From positions 292,863-356,862 of the forward strand of contig JADJXA010000025.1 in NCBI GenBank assembly GCA_016716065.1: a stretch of 64,000 bases of DNA, read 5' to 3'. A model generated the notes under the pieces. It worked only from the letters and a program-made list of their open reading frames with translations. It was not told the origin of the DNA and did not search any database. Each line of letters begins with the position of its first letter. The first letter of the stretch is position 1. The position numbers were made by a program, and so were the translations under genes. This DNA is from Candidatus Leptovillus gracilis. Lineage in GTDB: Bacteria > Chloroflexota > Anaerolineae > Promineifilales > Promineifilaceae. Below, piece after piece: positions 27,472 to 36,104 of the stretch.

Positions 27472-28629
27472 ATGATTAAAAACATGCGACGGCAAAAAAG
27501 AGCCTTATTAAAAGAATTAATGGCAGACAAATTCAATGAAGAAGAATTGAAAAGTCTGGTCTTTGACCTTGACATTAAGTGGGGAGAGCTATCGGGCGAT
27601 ACACTTTCGAATAAGGCTGAATCCCTGATAGCCTATGTTGAAAATCGCAGCCGTTTGCAAGAACTCATTGCTGAACTTAAAAAACGTCGCCCCAACATAG
27701 CTTGGCCCTCCGTTGAAGAAAAGAAGCTACCATTTGATAAAGAGCTTATCGGACAATACCCCCTCCCGATAATTGGTGTGTTGATCCTGTTGTTGACTAG
27801 TTTGGTAATTCTATCGCTGCCGACTCCTAGAAATGCCCTCATCGCTATTATTGCACCATCTCCAACGCCTACAATCACTTCCACGCCATCCGTTACCCCT
27901 GCACTAACGCCTAGCGCCACAGCAACACCTACGTTAACTCCAACGCGCGCTGTTACCGTTTATCTGGTCAACACAGATAGTGGCCCGACACTATCTTTAG
28001 AACCATTTGGGATTGGTCTATTCGAACTCATCTATGATGAAACGTACGAAATGGGCGTCCCCGTCCAGGTGCAGCTAAACATCAGACCTGAAGGGATAGA
28101 AGTCAATGCATCACAAGTATTTGTGTCCTTAAACATTGAAACAGATCTGGAGACTGGTAGTCAAAAACTGGTCAAGGAAGAACTGGAATCAACCCCGTCC
28201 CCTGATTTAATCGATGAAGTTCCACTGTACCCTGTCATGCTCGCTGATTTAAGCAGCCTGTCTGATGTCTCAATTACGCCCTCTGAACCCGAACAAAAAA
28301 TAATTTTAGCCGGTCAAATTACCACATGGCGCTGGCAAGTTAAACCACTTGTGGAACATATTCATATGCTGGAGTTAACCATTTCCATCCCTGTAAACTT
28401 ATCTGAAAATGATGACACAGAAGCTATCATCTATCCGCTCAAAAATATTACTTTCCCAATAGTTCCCGCGCCAATGGTAACCCCATCAGAGGCGGCAGAA
28501 GGAGACTCGAGTTATACATTTTTGGTTTTGGTTTTAAGTACTCTTTTTTTCCTGGTTGGTTTACTAGTTATGGTAATTAGGAAGCAGCAATTAGAAAAAA
28601 GGGGAATCATGCCACCTCCACGTGATTAA
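27472..28629 (+). CDS. Two-TM membrane protein with an N-terminal helical adaptor-like (EAD/death-like) domain, inserted in the R-M operon
   Basis: N-terminus FNEEELKSLVFDLDIKWGELSGDTLSNKAESLIAYVENRSRLQELIAELKKRRP. TM helix PLPIIGVLILLLTSLVILSL. Thr/Pro linker PSPTPTITSTPSVTPALTPSATATPTLTPT. About 200 aa predicted outside, then a C-terminal TM helix FLVLVLSTLFFLVGLLVMVI. Low GC. Confidence 0.6.
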   Translation: MIKNMRRQKRALLKELMADKFNEEELKSLVFDLDIKWGELSGDTLSNKAESLIAYVENRSRLQELIAELKKRRPNIAWPSVEEKKLPFDKELIGQYPLPIIGVLILLLTSLVILSLPTPRNALIAIIAPSPTPTITSTPSVTPALTPSATATPTLTPTRAVTVYLVNTDSGPTLSLEPFGIGLFELIYDETYEMGVPVQVQLNIRPEGIEVNASQVFVSLNIETDLETGSQKLVKEELESTPSPDLIDEVPLYPVMLADLSSLSDVSITPSEPEQKIILAGQITTWRWQVKPLVEHIHMLELTISIPVNLSENDDTEAIIYPLKNITFPIVPAPMVTPSEAAEGDSSYTFLVLVLSTLFFLVGLLVMVIRKQQLEKRGIMPPPRD

Positions 28630-28635
28630 TCTATA

Positions 28636-28734
28636 GCCGAACTCGCTACTCTGGAATGGCTACAAACCATTGGCTACTCCACTATCTTTGGTCCAGACAT
28701 CGCCCCAGCAAACCTGCCGGCAACGCCATCATAG
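28636..28734 (+). pseudogene. Orphan 5' fragment of an hsdR gene
   Basis: It translates to AELATLEWLQTIGYSTIFGPDIAPANLPATPS*. The intact HsdR N-terminus 400 bp downstream reads [30 protein letters not shown]. Confidence 0.7.
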
Positions 28735-28776
28735 ATGGTTGCTTTTCGAGCCTGCAAACCTTTACAATGAAACCGT

Positions 28777-28860
28777 ATGAGAATCTATCTGGGCACCTGT
28801 AGCATACAACGCCCTCTGGACAGCAAAAACCGGGTGCGCATGACAAATCTGCGCGTGAAA
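28777..28860 (+). pseudogene. Remnant of a PIN-domain toxin gene
   Basis: MRIYLGTCSIQRPLDSKNRVRM matches the conserved N-terminus of a PIN family (M-x-IYLDTCS-x-QRPLD). It then diverges and stops after about 40 codons. Confidence 0.45.
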
Positions 28861-28898
28861 GTCGTTTCACCCGTTACCCTGATTGAGGAATTAGAAGC

Positions 28899-29123
28899 AT
28901 GATTTTAGACACCAAACCCCTGACCCAAATTACGCAAGAAGCCGTGCAAATTCTCTATCGAGAACTGGGCGTGGTCAACTCTGTGCGTTTTCTCAACCAG
29001 TTCACCACCGGTTATGGCGACTATACGGCCGAACGCGACCAGCTATTCGCCCACCTAACCCTGGATGACATCTTAACCCAAATCAAAGCCGAACGCACCG
29101 CCGCCGAGGATGACCAATCTTAA
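28899..29123 (+). CDS. Small antitoxin-like protein (74 aa)
   Basis: [40 protein letters not shown] is a small family I recall as common in cyanobacteria/Chloroflexi next to PIN genes. Overlaps the hsdR start by 14 nt. Confidence 0.55.
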   Translation: MILDTKPLTQITQEAVQILYRELGVVNSVRFLNQFTTGYGDYTAERDQLFAHLTLDDILTQIKAERTAAEDDQS

Positions 29124-32100
29124 CGAAGCCACTGCCGAACTTGCCGCCCTGGAATGGTTAGCCGAAATCGGCTACGCCACAGTCTTCGGCCCAAACATCG
29201 CCCCCGGCGAACCCGCCGCCGAGCGCAGCAGCTATCAGCAAGTCATTCTGCGCGCACGACTTCGCGCCGCCCTGGCCCGCATCAACCCCCATATTCCCAC
29301 CACCGCCCTGGACGACGCCATCCGCCAGGTAGAACGCAGCGACAACCCCCACCTCGTCAGCAGCAACCACGCCTGCCACCGCCTGCTCATCGAAGGCGTA
29401 GACGTAAGTTATTCCCACAACGGCAAAATCAAATACGACAAAGTCTGGCTGCTGGACTATGACAACGCGGCGAATAATGAGTGGACGGCCGTTAACCAGT
29501 TCACCGTCCACGACGTCAACCCCATCAGCCACGCCAAAACCAACCGCCGCCCCGACATCGTCCTCTTCATCAACGGCCTGCCCCTGGCTATCATCGAGCT
29601 AAAAAACCCCACCGACGAAGAGGCCACGCTGGAAAAAGCGTTCAACCAACTGCAAACCTACAAAGCCGACATTCCCAGTCTGCTGCGTTTTAACGAAGGG
29701 CTGGTCATCAGCGATGGCACCTATGCCCGCCTGGGCACGCTCACCGCGGGCTGGGAATGGTTCAAACAGTGGCGCACCATTGACGGCGATACCCTGGCCC
29801 TGGCGACGCAGCCAGAACTGGAAGTGCTGCTCAAAGGAGCGTTTGCCCCCCACCGCTTCCTCGACCGGCTGCGCTACTTCACCGTCTTTGAGGTGGATGG
29901 GCCGCATATTGCCAAGAAAACGGCCGCTTACCACCAATATCACGCCGTCAACAAAGCCATCACCCAAAGCGTCCGCGCCGCCGCGCAAGATGGCGACCAG
30001 AAAGTGGGCATCGTCTGGCACACCCAGGGCAGCGGCAAAAGCCTGACTATGCTCTTCTACGCCGGCAAAGTCATCCAGCAGGCCGCCCTCGCCAATCCCA
30101 CCCTCGTCGTCCTCACCGACCGCAACGACCTGGATGACCAGCTATTCGGCACCTTCGCCAGCGGTCAGGAACTGCTGCGGCAGACGCCCATCCAGGCCGA
30201 TAGCCGCGAGCATCTACAAGAACTGCTGCAAGTCTCCTCCGGCGGCGTTATCTTCACCACCATTCAGAAATTCCGCCCCGAAGGGCGCAACAACGCTTAT
30301 CCCCAGCTTTCCTTCCGGCGCAACATCATCTTCATCGCCGATGAAGCCCACCGCAGCCAGTACGGCTTCGAGGCGCGGCTGGTAAAGGCCAGAGAGCAGG
30401 CCGCCGCTTACCTGGCCTACGGCTTCGCCAAATACGTGCGCGATGCTCTGCCCCACGCCTCCTTCATCGGCTTCACCGGTACGCCCATCGAATCCGACGA
30501 CATCAGCACGCCGCAGGTTTTCGGCGATTACATAGACGTGTACGACATCCAACGCGCCGTCGCCGACAAGGCCACTGTGCCCATCTACTACGAAGCGCGG
30601 CTGGCAAAACTGCGGCTGCGCGAAGAAGTGCGTCCCATCCTCGACCCCGAATTCGAGGAAATCACCGAGGGTGAGGAAGAAGAAGCCCGCGAAAAGCTGA
30701 AAAGCAAATGGTCGGCGCTGGAAGCGATGGTGGGCACGGAAGAACGGCTAACGCAGGTAGCAGCCGACATCGTGGCCCATTTTGCTCAGCGCCAGGCAGC
30801 CATGCTTAACGTCGGCATCAGCGGCGGCAAAGGCATGATCGTCGGCATGAGCCGTCGCATCTGCGTAGACCTGTACAATCACATTATCCAACTGCGCCCC
30901 GACTGGCACAACGACCATGACGACGCGGGCGTGGTGAAGGTGGTGATGACCGGTTCGGCCAGCGACCCAGCCGGCTACCAGCCCCACATCCGCAACAAAC
31001 CACGCCGCAAGGCGTTGGCCGAGCGCTTCAAGGACCCGGCCGACCCCCTGAAGCTGGTCATCGTGCGCGACATGTGGCTGACAGGCTTCGACGCGCCGCC
31101 GCTGCACACCATGTACCTGGACAAGCCGATGCGCGGCCATGGGCTGATGCAGGCCATCGCCCGCGTCAACCGCGTCTACAAGGAGAAGCCGGGTGGCCTC
31201 ATCGTAGACTACCTGGGTATTGCCACCGACCTGAAAGAGGCGATGGCGAGTTACACCCTGCGCGAAGAAGCGCCGGTTTATGAATTGGGGGAAGACGGCC
31301 GTCCTGCCTCACCCATCGAGCAGGCCGCGGCCTTCATGGAAAGCCAGGTAGAGGTGGTGCGCCAGTTCTTCCACCGGTTTGACACGTCGCCATTCTTTCA
31401 CGGCTTACCCGCCCAGCGACTCGCCATCATTCCCCTGGCGATGGAGCATGTGTTGGGGCAGGAGGAGGGCAAGAAGCGGTTTATGACGGCCGTGACCCGC
31501 CTCTCCAGCGCCTTTGCTCTGGCGATGCCCCATGACAAAGCGGTTGCCATCCGCGACGAAGTGGCCTTTTACCAGGCGGTGCGCGCCGGCTTTGCCAAGC
31601 TCTCCCCGTCGGGGAGTAAATCGCAATTTGAAATAGACGCCGCCATTCAGCAGTTGGTCTCCCAGGCGGTGGCCGCGCCGCAGGTGATCAACATCTTCGA
31701 CGCCGCTGGGCTGAAAACGCCGGACATCTCCATCCTCTCCGGCCAATTCCTGGCCGAAATACAGCAGATGCCGCACAAAAACCTGGCCCTGGAGATGCTG
31801 CGCAAGCTGCTCAACGACGAAATCCGGGCGCGCATGGGCAAGAACGTGGTGCAGGCCCGCTCCTTTGAGGCGCTGCTGACGGACACGCTGCGCCGTTACC
31901 AAAACCGCGCCATTGATACGGCCGAAGTCATCACGGAACTAATCGCCATCGCCCAGGAAATGCAGGCGGCCCAACAACGCGGTGAGAAGCTGGGCCTGAG
32001 CGAGGAGGAACTGGCCTTCTACGACGCCCTGGCCGACAATGCCAGCGCCGTGGCAGTGATGGGTAATGAGCAGTTGGCCTTCATCGCTCACGAGTTGATT

Positions 32101-32283
32101 AAGATGCTGCGCCAGACGGTGACGGTGGACTGGACGGTGAAGCAGAGCGCCCGCGCCAAAATCCGGGTGATGGTGAAGCGCATTTTGAAGAAGTATGGCT
32201 ATCCGCCAGACATGCAGGAAAAGGCGACGGACACGGTACTGGAACAGGCTGAACGAATTGCGGCGGATTGGACGGCCGTGTGA
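29110..32283 (+). CDS. hsdR: Type I restriction enzyme R subunit (endonuclease/helicase)
   Basis: Motif [13 protein letters not shown], motif [14 protein letters not shown], motif [10 protein letters not shown] and motif [10 protein letters not shown]. 1057 aa. Confidence 0.95.
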   Translation: MTNLNEATAELAALEWLAEIGYATVFGPNIAPGEPAAERSSYQQVILRARLRAALARINPHIPTTALDDAIRQVERSDNPHLVSSNHACHRLLIEGVDVSYSHNGKIKYDKVWLLDYDNAANNEWTAVNQFTVHDVNPISHAKTNRRPDIVLFINGLPLAIIELKNPTDEEATLEKAFNQLQTYKADIPSLLRFNEGLVISDGTYARLGTLTAGWEWFKQWRTIDGDTLALATQPELEVLLKGAFAPHRFLDRLRYFTVFEVDGPHIAKKTAAYHQYHAVNKAITQSVRAAAQDGDQKVGIVWHTQGSGKSLTMLFYAGKVIQQAALANPTLVVLTDRNDLDDQLFGTFASGQELLRQTPIQADSREHLQELLQVSSGGVIFTTIQKFRPEGRNNAYPQLSFRRNIIFIADEAHRSQYGFEARLVKAREQAAAYLAYGFAKYVRDALPHASFIGFTGTPIESDDISTPQVFGDYIDVYDIQRAVADKATVPIYYEARLAKLRLREEVRPILDPEFEEITEGEEEEAREKLKSKWSALEAMVGTEERLTQVAADIVAHFAQRQAAMLNVGISGGKGMIVGMSRRICVDLYNHIIQLRPDWHNDHDDAGVVKVVMTGSASDPAGYQPHIRNKPRRKALAERFKDPADPLKLVIVRDMWLTGFDAPPLHTMYLDKPMRGHGLMQAIARVNRVYKEKPGGLIVDYLGIATDLKEAMASYTLREEAPVYELGEDGRPASPIEQAAAFMESQVEVVRQFFHRFDTSPFFHGLPAQRLAIIPLAMEHVLGQEEGKKRFMTAVTRLSSAFALAMPHDKAVAIRDEVAFYQAVRAGFAKLSPSGSKSQFEIDAAIQQLVSQAVAAPQVINIFDAAGLKTPDISILSGQFLAEIQQMPHKNLALEMLRKLLNDEIRARMGKNVVQARSFEALLTDTLRRYQNRAIDTAEVITELIAIAQEMQAAQQRGEKLGLSEEELAFYDALADNASAVAVMGNEQLAFIAHELIKMLRQTVTVDWTVKQSARAKIRVMVKRILKKYGYPPDMQEKATDTVLEQAERIAADWTAV

Positions 32284-32430
32284 ACTTAACGAAAAGCGAC
32301 CTGGCGCGGGAATTGGCGTTGAAGCGCCAACGACACGGGCGGCCGGCGGCGTTGGAGGAGAGGGTGGTGGGGAACGGCCGAATTTACACAACTAACCTTT
32401 ATCTACAAAGCGATCACTAGAAACATATTC

Positions 32431-33444
32431 ATGAAAACCATCACTCTGTACCAAATAGTCTCCGAGATTAACTTGCGAGCAAAGTCTCACCCAATAGGAA
32501 CGCTTCAAGAGATTCGCAAAGAGTTGAAGCAGCTAAAACGGTTGCCAACCTTTAACATATTCACTCCTTCAACTACGCACGAAAGTTGGGCATTTCATCA
32601 CGGGGGACGGAAGGAATTACAATTCAATGTGGGTATTGAAACGATAGATACTGTTCCCTATCTCAGATATGGTGTTGCCTTCTCTTTTGAAACCAGCCAG
32701 ACACTACCCGATATCAGCCTTCTTCTGCCGAAGGTCAGGTTATTCAACGAATTTATCCTACAGAATCCAGAACAATATGCCGACATGCGTATGTGGCACT
32801 ATTACAGTTATCAAAGCGATGACTACATGCCTTCTCCAATCCCGCATGAAAACATCACCGAAGGAATGTTTTATTTTCTCGGCAAACGTCAACCCTGCGA
32901 GCAGATAGATTACGAGCTTCTTCTGGATGATCTAGACCGCCTGCTGCCTTTGTACAGATACGTTGAGGGCAATGGGAATTTACAACTTGTTACTGCCGTC
33001 AAGGTATCACCCTTCAGGTTTTCGCCAGGATTTACGGCTAAAGCACCATCCGCCAATGCTTCTCTCGCTCAAAAAGAACTGGATATCAACCTCCGCCATA
33101 ATGTGCTACAAGCGGCCCTTTATAAGCAGTTGGTCAAAGAATATGGGAAAGAAAATGTGCGCACCGAGCTACCAAGCGGCATTGGCACCAGCATTGACGT
33201 TGTGGTCAAAGATGGAGACGAATTCTACTTCTATGAGATAAAAACGGCTCATTCACCACGCGCTTGTTTACGTCAGGCCATGGGGCAGTTATTGGAGTAT
33301 GGTTTTTGGCCTGGAACACAAGAAGCTGCTCGACTGATAATTGTCGGTGAAACGGCCCTGGATCAGGAAGGGCTAACATACCTGAATACGCTGAGACAGC
33401 GTTTCTCTTTACCCCTGGAATATAGACAGATCGTGGTTGATTGA
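32431..33444 (+). CDS. Hypothetical protein with a C-terminal PD-(D/E)xK nuclease-like motif
   Basis: SIDVVVKDGDEFYFYEIKTAHSPRACLRQAMGQLLEY gives a D...E-x-K core followed by Q/helix. The N-terminal 230 aa are unrecognised. Low GC. Confidence 0.55.
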   Translation: MKTITLYQIVSEINLRAKSHPIGTLQEIRKELKQLKRLPTFNIFTPSTTHESWAFHHGGRKELQFNVGIETIDTVPYLRYGVAFSFETSQTLPDISLLLPKVRLFNEFILQNPEQYADMRMWHYYSYQSDDYMPSPIPHENITEGMFYFLGKRQPCEQIDYELLLDDLDRLLPLYRYVEGNGNLQLVTAVKVSPFRFSPGFTAKAPSANASLAQKELDINLRHNVLQAALYKQLVKEYGKENVRTELPSGIGTSIDVVVKDGDEFYFYEIKTAHSPRACLRQAMGQLLEYGFWPGTQEAARLIIVGETALDQEGLTYLNTLRQRFSLPLEYRQIVVD

Positions 33445-33566
33445 GTCGGACTCCTGGCAAGCCGTTTCTCAGCGTTTCACCATACGGTACTATTATCATC
33501 CCTACGCACAGTGTGATACTATATTCGGGGTTTGTTCGCTACTGCGAACAAACGGGGAATAACATC

Positions 33567-34331
33567 GTGACCATCGCATCAGAGAAGAAGCGCTGCCTCA
33601 TTTTAAGTTGCTCACGCGCCAAACATGGTGCGCCTGAGCTATTACCGGCCGTGCAGCGGTACACCGGCCCCATGTACCAGGTTTTGCGCCGCTACCTGCG
33701 TGAGAAACCAGAAGAAGCAGCAACCCTCATCATCTACATTCTATCAGCCCGCCATGGGCTGATTGACAGCCAGACGCCCATTCTCCCTTATGACCAAAAA
33801 ATGACGCCAGCAAGAGCTGCTGAACTGCACACGGCCGTTTTGCACAAGGTTGAGCAAGAAATCGCGCCGGTCGGTTACGCGGAGATATTTTTGGCGATGG
33901 GACAAACATATCTGCTGGCACTCGATGGACTTGACAATGTGTTGGGCGTTGACACGAAAGTGATAACGGCGCGCAGTTCCGCCGGGACGAAGTTAACCGA
34001 GCTACGGAACTGGCTCTGGGAAATCAGCCCCACTATTCCTCGGGTTGAGGAACAGGTGGTTATGCCGAATGTAGGGCGGGTAACGGCCGTTTTACGCGGT
34101 CGCACCCTTTCCCTGACAACAGCCGAAGCAGAGGAACACTTGAGTTCCAGCCTGTTCACAGCGCCAGATTCGGCCCGCCAGGTGCGTGGTTGGTATGTAG
34201 TCATCGGTGGCGAAAAGGCTAGCCCGAAGTGGGCGGCGCACCACCTTTTTGATGTGCCAGTGAGTGATTTTTCCGCTGATGAAGCGCGGCGGGTGCTGCG
34301 GAAGTTAGGGTTAAATTGTTATCGAACGTGA
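33567..34331 (+). CDS. Hypothetical protein, DUF6884-like N-terminal domain (tentative)
   Basis: CLILSCSRAKH...LPAVQRYTGPMYQVLRRY...IYILSARHGLIDSQTPILPYDQKMT. There is no ATG before residue 43 of the ORF. The start is either TTG at 33441 or GTG at 33567 (chosen; ggggaa lies upstream). Confidence 0.5.
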   Translation: MTIASEKKRCLILSCSRAKHGAPELLPAVQRYTGPMYQVLRRYLREKPEEAATLIIYILSARHGLIDSQTPILPYDQKMTPARAAELHTAVLHKVEQEIAPVGYAEIFLAMGQTYLLALDGLDNVLGVDTKVITARSSAGTKLTELRNWLWEISPTIPRVEEQVVMPNVGRVTAVLRGRTLSLTTAEAEEHLSSSLFTAPDSARQVRGWYVVIGGEKASPKWAAHHLFDVPVSDFSADEARRVLRKLGLNCYRT

Positions 34332-34359
34332 GTTTTTGCGTAGGATATTGGGAGTGGAG

Positions 34360-34390
34360 AAACGGCCGTCTGAATTAGACGGCCGTTTTT
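34360..34390 (+). terminator. Intrinsic terminator built from two copies of the ACGGCCGT palindrome
   Basis: aaacggccgtct-gaatt-agacggccgttt followed by tt: a 12-bp perfect stem 29 nt after the upstream stop codon. Confidence 0.65.
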
Positions 34391-34433
34391 GTTCCTAATA
34401 TAGAACATAATCATTCCAGACGAGGATAGGGCA

Positions 34434-34679
34434 ATGTCTACAGCCAAGAATCTCGAGAATTTGGGCGCCAAACTCAAAGCAATTCGCAAACACTTGGGCT
34501 ATAGCCAGGAAGATATGGCAACCGCTGTGGGTAAAACGGGTAAGTCCCGCCGGTCACGGGTGCATGAGTGGGAGAAAGGGCTGCGGGAGCCAGAACTTTC
34601 ATGTTTATCTGCCTATGCCCGGCTGGCGGGGATCTCCGCCGACGATCTGCTTGATGACAGTGTGGAACTTCGTTTGTGA
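34434..34679 (+). CDS. XRE-family HTH transcriptional regulator
   Basis: LGAKLKAIRKHLGYSQEDMATAVGKTGKSRRSRVHEWEKGLREPELSCLSAYARLAGISADDLL is the Cro/C1 HTH pattern. Confidence 0.8.
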   Translation: MSTAKNLENLGAKLKAIRKHLGYSQEDMATAVGKTGKSRRSRVHEWEKGLREPELSCLSAYARLAGISADDLLDDSVELRL

Positions 34680-34725
34680 CAGCCATCCCCGACGCCCAGA
34701 ACTAAAAAATAACAAACGTGAACCT

Positions 34726-35979
34726 ATGCAATTCTATCTACCGAACTTTGAAGACCTTGTTGATCCGGAATACGATTTTGAGAAGGATGACTATTCACCA
34801 AAACGGAAACGAAACGGCCGTTTCCAGCACGACCAATATGCCCATGAATTTTTCACAGAACCAATCTTTGACGGAATGCTCGTTTCCAAAACAGTTGTGA
34901 CGCCCTCTGTAGAACAGCGCATACAAACGAGTGGGAATGTCCACCGCTTTTTCCGTTTGGCAGAACAAGTTCCGGTAATGGGTGACTGTGGCGCATTCTC
35001 CTATTGGGATAAAGAAGAGCCACCGTATACCGTAGCCGAAATCCTCGATTACTATGAAGTGATGGGCTTTACCTATGGTGTAGCCCTGGACCATCTCATC
35101 TTTCCCACCATGTCCGAAGCAGAAAGAGATCGCCGCCTAAAAATCACTCTTGATAATGCGCAGGAGTTTCTGAGGAAACGCAACGACTATGACTACAAAG
35201 TCATCCCTGTGGGGATTGCGCAGGGGTGGGATGCCGATTCGCGTGCAGGTAGTATCCGGCAGTTATTAGATATCGGCTATAGCCATCTGGCTATCGGTGG
35301 CATGGCACGCAGCAAAGACCAGGAAATCATCCAAACGTTGCAAGCAATCCATCCCATTCTGCAAGAAAACCAGTGCGTACAAATGTTACACCTGTTCGGG
35401 GTTGCTCGACTATCACTGATTTCGGATTTCATTCGCTATGGAGTCACAAGCGCTGACAGCGCCTCGCCCATGCGCCGGGCGTTTCTTGGTACAAGCCAGG
35501 ACAACTACTGGACAGTAGGCGAAGAACGTTATGCAGCCATTCGAGTTCCAGAGGTAAAGGAAGGAGGGGCCAGAAAGCGCGGCGTAGACTCCACCGGTGA
35601 AGTTGCAGCCAAAAATGGCATGACAGTAATCAAAATGAAGGAAATGGAGCAGGAAGCATTGCGCCTGTTGCGTGACTATGATGCCGGAATTGCGGAGTTA
35701 GAGGAGACATTAACGGCCGTTCTTGCCTATGACCAGCTTCATGGCGACAAAAGGAAACATGAAGCAGCCTACCGGCGCACACTTGCCGACAAAGCATGGC
35801 AGAAGTGTAACTGCTCCATTTGTAAGAAATGGGGAATCGAAGTCATTATCTTTCGCGGCAACAATCGAAATAGACGTCGTGGATTTCATAATGCCTATGT
35901 CTTTTACCAACAATTTCAAGGGCGTGTAAAAAGCGAGAGTTCCAATGCAGGAGCTACACAGTTGAAGTCTATTCCCTGA
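34726..35979 (+). CDS. dpdA: DpdA-type DNA-guanine transglycosylase (TGT superfamily, long bacterial form)
   Basis: N-terminus MQFYLPNFEDLVDPEYDFEKDDYSP...RFQHDQYAHEFF...FDGMLVSK and GDCGAFSY match my memory of bacterial DpdA. Also HLFGVARL, DSASPMRRA and the TGT-type zinc motif CNCSICKKWG...FHN. The ORF is open from 34564, but that stretch overlaps the XRE gene. Confidence 0.75.
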   Translation: MQFYLPNFEDLVDPEYDFEKDDYSPKRKRNGRFQHDQYAHEFFTEPIFDGMLVSKTVVTPSVEQRIQTSGNVHRFFRLAEQVPVMGDCGAFSYWDKEEPPYTVAEILDYYEVMGFTYGVALDHLIFPTMSEAERDRRLKITLDNAQEFLRKRNDYDYKVIPVGIAQGWDADSRAGSIRQLLDIGYSHLAIGGMARSKDQEIIQTLQAIHPILQENQCVQMLHLFGVARLSLISDFIRYGVTSADSASPMRRAFLGTSQDNYWTVGEERYAAIRVPEVKEGGARKRGVDSTGEVAAKNGMTVIKMKEMEQEALRLLRDYDAGIAELEETLTAVLAYDQLHGDKRKHEAAYRRTLADKAWQKCNCSICKKWGIEVIIFRGNNRNRRRGFHNAYVFYQQFQGRVKSESSNAGATQLKSIP

Positions 35980-36104
35980 ATGAGTCACATCTATTACGAA
36001 CTACTGACTTTGACCAACTGTGAAATTGCCAATTGAATAAAACGAATCTCTCAAACGAGACACCCTTTCTGAAACACCATTAATAGCATTTTCGGGGCAA
36101 TGTA

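Noticed and set aside
28682-28870. 62-aa minus-strand ORF between the membrane-protein gene and the antitoxin-like gene
   Set aside because: It overlaps the plus-strand hsdR-fragment and PIN-remnant similarities, which explain the region better. It has no recognisable features.
36010-36040. Promoter for the dpdE operon (ttgacc-18 nt-tgaata)
   Set aside because: The hexamers are weak and the spacing is non-optimal. There is not enough support to list it as a feature.
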